This document shows positions 36,250-40,041 of a DNA stretch of 40,041 nt, in pieces. A model generated the notes under the pieces. That model did not search any database and was not told where the DNA came from. It saw only the letters and a list, made by a program, of their open reading frames with translations. Source of the DNA: a virus (taxonomy: Duplodnaviria > Caudoviricetes); the IMG/VR virus record IMGVR_UViG_3300010376_000071, positions 1 to 40,041 of that record, one strand, 5' to 3'. A program made the translations under genes and the position numbers. The first letter of the stretch is position 1. The number at the start of each line of letters is the position of its first letter.

Positions 36250-36708
36250 TCAGAACGGGACGTCGCCCTCGACCGCGAGCGCCTCCTGCGCGTCAGGCAA
36301 ATCGGACGTGTCCGCCACGAGATCCGGGTCGGCCACGGCGCGGGCGTCGACGTAGGTGGTCGTGAACCACCGGTCGCCGAGCCGGCCCTCCTGGCTCTTG
36401 GTCGTGACCAGATAGGTCGTGCCCTGCACGGTCGACAGCGCCGCCTCGAGGGCGTCGTCGTCGGTGAGCGTCGAGCGGTCGACCCCGAGCCCGTCGAGCA
36501 GGCCCTGGGTGTACTGCATGCCCTTCTCGTCGAAGCGGTTCCACGACGTCCAGGCCAGGCCGTCCGCTGACCATTCGGTCACGAGCCGCGAGCCCGAGTC
36601 GAGCTCGACCAGGGCGGCGCGGTCAAGGCGTGCGGTGTGCGCGCCGTCGTCGGGCACGGCGGCGCTGGCGCTGCCGGTGCCCCGGAGCGCCTCGTAATCG
36701 ACTGGCAT
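36250..36708 (-). CDS. Putative single-stranded DNA-binding protein (152 aa)
   Basis: Acidic C-terminal tail ending DVPF; sits between the SSAP and primase genes. Confidence 0.65.
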   Translation of the reverse strand: MPVDYEALRGTGSASAAVPDDGAHTARLDRAALVELDSGSRLVTEWSADGLAWTSWNRFDEKGMQYTQGLLDGLGVDRSTLTDDDALEAALSTVQGTTYLVTTKSQEGRLGDRWFTTTYVDARAVADPDLVADTSDLPDAQEALAVEGDVPF

Positions 36709-36717
36709 CTCTCTCTC

Positions 36718-37581
36718 CTATCCGTCCGGCGGCGCGCCGTGATAGGCGCTCGCGTCCGGGTCTGGCGGCGCGTCCTCCGGCGCCTTCGCGCGCACGGCGT
36801 CCGTGCCGAGCGCCCATTTGATCGCCGCGAGCATCTTCGCCGCAGCGTCGGGAAGATGCTCGGTCTGAAACCGGTTGCGGGTGATGCGCACGAGCGCGTT
36901 GCCGTCGACGTCGGTGAAGATCGCGTCGATCATGGCGGCGGCCTCGAGATCGCCGGCGTCGTCCACCAGGGCGCCGTACGGGGAGGCCGCCGCCACGGCT
37001 GCGGGCTCGGAGTCAAGCTCTTCGGCGGGCGTGGCGGAATAACCGGCGATGGTGACGATCCATCCGAGCGGTTGCTTGAGCGTGCGGACCAGCCCGCGGG
37101 TCTGCGACATCGAGGACAGCGCGTAGTCGTCGCGGTCGATCCACTTGTCCTCGCTGCGGGTGCAGCGGCTCTCGCCCCAGCCGACTTCCCGGCCGTCCTT
37201 GACGGCGCGGTAGGAGGCCGAGAAGCCGTAGGCGAGGCCCATGTCGCGCCGGGCGAGCAGCCTGCGATGCTGATCCCAGGCGGCGTGCGCGGCGGTGCGC
37301 CTGTCCTCGGGCTCCTCACCGAGGCCGGCGAGCACCGGCCAGGGGAGCTCGCGCACACCGCCGTCCTTGATCGCGAACACGCCGACGATCGACCCGAGCG
37401 TCTGCCAGCCCTCGACGAGGATGTGGTCCTTGGCGCCGATGCGCTTGGACAGCTGGCGCTGGCGGACGATGTCGGCGAGCTGGTTGGCAGCATCCGTGGC
37501 TGCCGTGATCACCTCACCGGGCGAGGCGCCGTTGAACAGCGCGACGGGCGCGGGGGCGGGTTCGAGGTCGACGCCTACCAC
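36718..37581 (-). CDS. Putative single-strand annealing recombinase (287 aa)
   Basis: HILVEGWQTLG, ALSSMSQTRG and GY..TPAEE motifs seen in phage SSAP-like proteins; context. Confidence 0.6.
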   Translation of the reverse strand: MVGVDLEPAPAPVALFNGASPGEVITAATDAANQLADIVRQRQLSKRIGAKDHILVEGWQTLGSIVGVFAIKDGGVRELPWPVLAGLGEEPEDRRTAAHAAWDQHRRLLARRDMGLAYGFSASYRAVKDGREVGWGESRCTRSEDKWIDRDDYALSSMSQTRGLVRTLKQPLGWIVTIAGYSATPAEELDSEPAAVAAASPYGALVDDAGDLEAAAMIDAIFTDVDGNALVRITRNRFQTEHLPDAAAKMLAAIKWALGTDAVRAKAPEDAPPDPDASAYHGAPPDG

Positions 37582-38165
37582 GGGAAATCAGCCTCCGTCT
37601 CGATCGGGATAACGGGGCTCGCCGGCGCCGGTGCGGGCTGGGGGTCCGGCGCCGGCTCCCCCGGGGAAAGGGTGCGCCCGTCCTCGCTGGCCGAGAGCGG
37701 GTCGGGCGCGGGCAGCGCCACTGAGCGAGCGACCGTGACGGCGCCGGGCTTCTCGCGCCAGGTGCAGAGCGCGGCGACGCGTTCGCGGGCGTCGCCGGTG
37801 AGGCGTGAGAGAAGCGTCTTGGCCTTCGAGCGCGAGACGACCGGGGTGCGGGTGATGACGTCGGAGACGTCGCCGGCGCGGACGATGCCCTGCTCGACGA
37901 GGTCGCGCATCGCCGCTTCGAGCCCGTCGACGTCCCAGTCGGACTCGCGCTTGACGGTCGCCTCGACCTCCCAGTCGCCGAACACGACGAGCTTCGCGCC
38001 GCGCATCTTCAGGCGGTTGCGCAGCTCGCCCGCGAGCGCCGTCTCCCATTCCCTGCGCTCGGCGATCTGCGCGCGGACGACATCGAGCGCTTCGGCGAGC
38101 GTCTCGGGGGGCTGCTCATCGAGCCGCTCGAGCACCTCGCCGGTCGACAGGTCGACGACGCTCAC
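37575..38165 (-). CDS. Hypothetical early protein (196 aa, MSVVDLSTGEV...)
   Basis: GGAG SD and GTGA coupling; the longer ORF-track start overlaps upstream genes. Confidence 0.6.
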   Translation of the reverse strand: MSVVDLSTGEVLERLDEQPPETLAEALDVVRAQIAERREWETALAGELRNRLKMRGAKLVVFGDWEVEATVKRESDWDVDGLEAAMRDLVEQGIVRAGDVSDVITRTPVVSRSKAKTLLSRLTGDARERVAALCTWREKPGAVTVARSVALPAPDPLSASEDGRTLSPGEPAPDPQPAPAPASPVIPIETEADFPW

Positions 38166-38368
38166 TGCGGCTGCTCCTCGAGGTCCTCGGGCTCGTGGAC
38201 GACGTGCCCGTTGGTCGGGCCCATCGGCCACAGCGGCGGGCCGTAGCCGAGGATCTCGCTGACCGACTCCTCGCCGAGCCCGGAGTGGTTGCGCCGGGCG
38301 ACGGCCACGGCGGCGATCGCGATCAGCCCGCCGATCACCACGCCGAGCAGTACGAGCAGCGCGGTCAT
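38162..38368 (-). CDS. Small single-TM protein (68 aa)
   Basis: MTALLVLLGVVIGGLIAIAAVAVARR; ATGA-coupled. Confidence 0.55.
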   Translation of the reverse strand: MTALLVLLGVVIGGLIAIAAVAVARRNHSGLGEESVSEILGYGPPLWPMGPTNGHVVHEPEDLEEQPQ

Positions 38369-38658
38369 GCCGCGGGCAGCTCGTCGAGATCGGTGCGGTC
38401 GACGTGGAACCACTCCGGCTTCTCGCCGAAGAACAGCGCGAGCTCAATGAGATGCGCGCGGCTCGGGCGGATCCGGCCGCGTCGCCAGTTGGAGGTCTGC
38501 GAGGGCTGGACGTCGAGCGCGAGCGCGAGTTCCTTGTTCGAGGTGTTCGTCTCGATCATCTTGAGGCCGATGTTGTGGCCGATGATGAGGCGCTCGTGCT
38601 GCTCGGGATCCAGGTGGCTCATCGGTCGGGAGGCAGTGGCGATGGCGAGTCCTTGCAT
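38365..38658 (-). CDS. Cro-like XRE HTH regulator
   Basis: SNKELALALDVQPSQTSNWRRGRIRPS...LIELALFFG. Confidence 0.8.
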   Translation of the reverse strand: MQGLAIATASRPMSHLDPEQHERLIIGHNIGLKMIETNTSNKELALALDVQPSQTSNWRRGRIRPSRAHLIELALFFGEKPEWFHVDRTDLDELPAA

Positions 38659-38778
38659 CGCCTCACCCTTGCAACGGATGGCCCCCTTGTCGATAACGCG
38701 TTGAGCCAGCGCATAAACATTTGATCACTCAGCTAGCCGCTAATTGCGCAAAAACCTCCTGTTCCGAACGGGCTCGGC

Positions 38779-38973
38779 CTACTGCCCGTCGCGGCCGTCG
38801 TCGCGCACGAGCGTGACGTTGGCCAGGGGCCGGCAGTTCTCGCGCGCCGTACGCTCGGCCTCGAGCATGGTCAGCGCTCTGACAAATTCGCGGCGGCGAT
38901 GGCACAACCAGTGCCACGCTCTGAGCGCGAATGCCATGACAACGGCAGCCGCCGCCAGTACCTCAGCAGGCAT
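38779..38973 (-). CDS. Small membrane-anchored hypothetical protein (64 aa)
   Basis: GAGGTGA SD; hydrophobic N-terminus. Confidence 0.45.
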   Translation of the reverse strand: MPAEVLAAAAVVMAFALRAWHWLCHRRREFVRALTMLEAERTARENCRPLANVTLVRDDGRDGQ

Positions 38974-39084
38974 GACTCACCTCTTTCCCTCGGACCTCAG
39001 ACCGACGACGCGCCTGCGGGCCGATCTCCTTCGATCCCGACCAGACCGGCGCGTTTAGTAATCGTCGTACCTACCCGCGCAGAG

Positions 39085-39100
39085 TATGGCATAATCGTGT
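39085..39100 (+). promoter_or_regulatory. Extended -10 promoter (TGG-CATAAT) for the repressor; GTATGGC occurs twice nearby
   Basis: gagtatggCATAATcgtgtatggc. Confidence 0.45.
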
Positions 39101-39116
39101 ATGGCGATTACAGATC

Positions 39117-39383
39117 GTGGATGGATTCGTCATGGAATTGACGAGCAAACGCAGGCAGAATCCCCGCTGGATGACGGGCGACTATCGCCAGCGCGTGGGG
39201 CAGCGCATCCGCATGGCCAGGGAACGCAAGGGGTGGACGCAAACCGAGCTCGCCCGCGAGGTCGGGGTCGCCGACGCGCAGATCTCACGCTGGGAAACCG
39301 GCCGGACGATGCCGCGCCACGAGGCGCTCGAGGCGCTCGCGAAAGCGCTGGGAACGACCGCGGAGCGCTTCTTCTACGACTGA
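39117..39383 (+). CDS. XRE-family repressor, divergent from the Cro-like gene (start uncertain)
   Basis: GQRIRMARERKGWTQTELAREVGVADAQISRWETGRTMP....LEALAKALG. Confidence 0.88.
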   Translation: MDGFVMELTSKRRQNPRWMTGDYRQRVGQRIRMARERKGWTQTELAREVGVADAQISRWETGRTMPRHEALEALAKALGTTAERFFYD

Positions 39384-39442
39384 GGCCGCGGCAGGCCCCC
39401 GACGCCTCATAACCGCCGATATGTGAACCTGCCGGGAGGACG

Positions 39443-39832
39443 ATGGCCAGGATCCTCGTCACTTCGCGCGGACTCGGAGATCCGCGCGAGTTCGTCTTCG
39501 ACCCCCGCAGCGAGCGCCTCGAGACACCGCTGTTCGCGCCGTTCGTCGCCCGGCGCCAGCTCCTGGCGTTCCTGCGCCGCTCCGCGTCCGACGCCCTGCG
39601 CTGGGAGGTCGAGGCCGAACGGAACAGGCAACGAGCCCGCCGACTGGAGATGGAGTGGCAGGCGCACGAGGCCCGGGCGCGCCGCGCCGGCGATTGGGCA
39701 CGACCCCGGGAATCGTTCTTCCTGATGGCCGAACTCGAGGACTACCTCCTCCCGGCCGAGCATTCCTCCGGGCCGCTCGCGACCGGGTCGATCCGCCAGA
39801 TCCGCGAGGCCTACGCCGAATCCCGGCGATAG
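39443..39832 (+). CDS. Hypothetical protein co-oriented with the repressor (129 aa)
   Basis: GGAGG SD; GC3-biased codons. Confidence 0.6.
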   Translation: MARILVTSRGLGDPREFVFDPRSERLETPLFAPFVARRQLLAFLRRSASDALRWEVEAERNRQRARRLEMEWQAHEARARRAGDWARPRESFFLMAELEDYLLPAEHSSGPLATGSIRQIREAYAESRR

Positions 39833-39845
39833 CGCAACGAAAAGA

Positions 39846-39869
39846 GCGCCGCCCCCGAAGGAGCGGCGC
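39846..39869. terminator. Terminator-like hairpin between convergent genes
   Basis: GCGCCGC-CCCCGAAGGA-GCGGCGC preceded by AAAAG, which is a U-rich tract on the minus strand. Confidence 0.5.
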
Positions 39870-39919
39870 CCTTGAACCCGGCGAAAGTTGTGGAACGCTC
39901 GGCGAGTCCGCCGGGAAGT

Positions 39920-40041
39920 CTACGGCGCCGGTGCGAACCTCGAGAGACTGGCGACCGACTGACCGGGCGCCCCGCCCGACCAGGACGTCTCGCCGGCGCG
40001 CTGCCAGGTGTAGTAGATGCTGCCGTCGGCCGCCTCGGCGA
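39920..40041 (-). CDS. 3' end of a gene entering from outside the window (possibly the endolysin C-terminus)
   Basis: ...AEAADGSIYYTWQRAGETSWSGGAPGQSVASLSRFAPAP* with TAG at 39920-39922. Function inferred only from circular gene order. Confidence 0.45.
   Translation of the reverse strand, partial: AEAADGSIYYTWQRAGETSWSGGAPGQSVASLSRFAPAP

Overview
The whole window reads as most of the genome of a high-GC temperate tailed phage with podovirus-like morphology: no tape-measure or tail-tube gene, but an adaptor, a nozzle, short fibres, three large ejection-type proteins and a lytic transglycosylase. The host is probably actinobacterial; this is inferred from GC content and gene styles. Minus strand 23268 to 1 is the virion operon: TerL, small proteins, portal, scaffold, major capsid, adaptor, nozzle, collagen and tandem-LamG fibres, ejection proteins and SLT, with two HNH genes inserted. 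23270-23870 is a structured non-coding region at a strand-skew switch (candidate terminus/pac region). 23872-25794 is a short plus-strand operon (Gp88-like, RHH, HNH). Minus strand 38973 to 25779 is the early operon: Cro-like, SSAP, SSB, NrS-1-type primase-polymerase with an ori-like inverted repeat, RusA, XF1762-like, HNH, Xis, tyrosine integrase, an intact attP-like site, then accessory genes. A divergent XRE repressor lies at 39117-39383. The most notable items, several of them missing from the ORF track, are: a type I toxin-antitoxin-like locus (33603-33803), a second antisense hydrophobic micro-ORF (451-519), a stand-alone two-blade GyrA-CTD protein coupled to a classical C2H2 zinc-finger microprotein, an attP-arm-like module repeated near the putative terminus, an in-frame TGA near the start of the nozzle gene, and several doubly coupled mini-ORFs. 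All family calls are by motif recognition by eye; no database searches were run.
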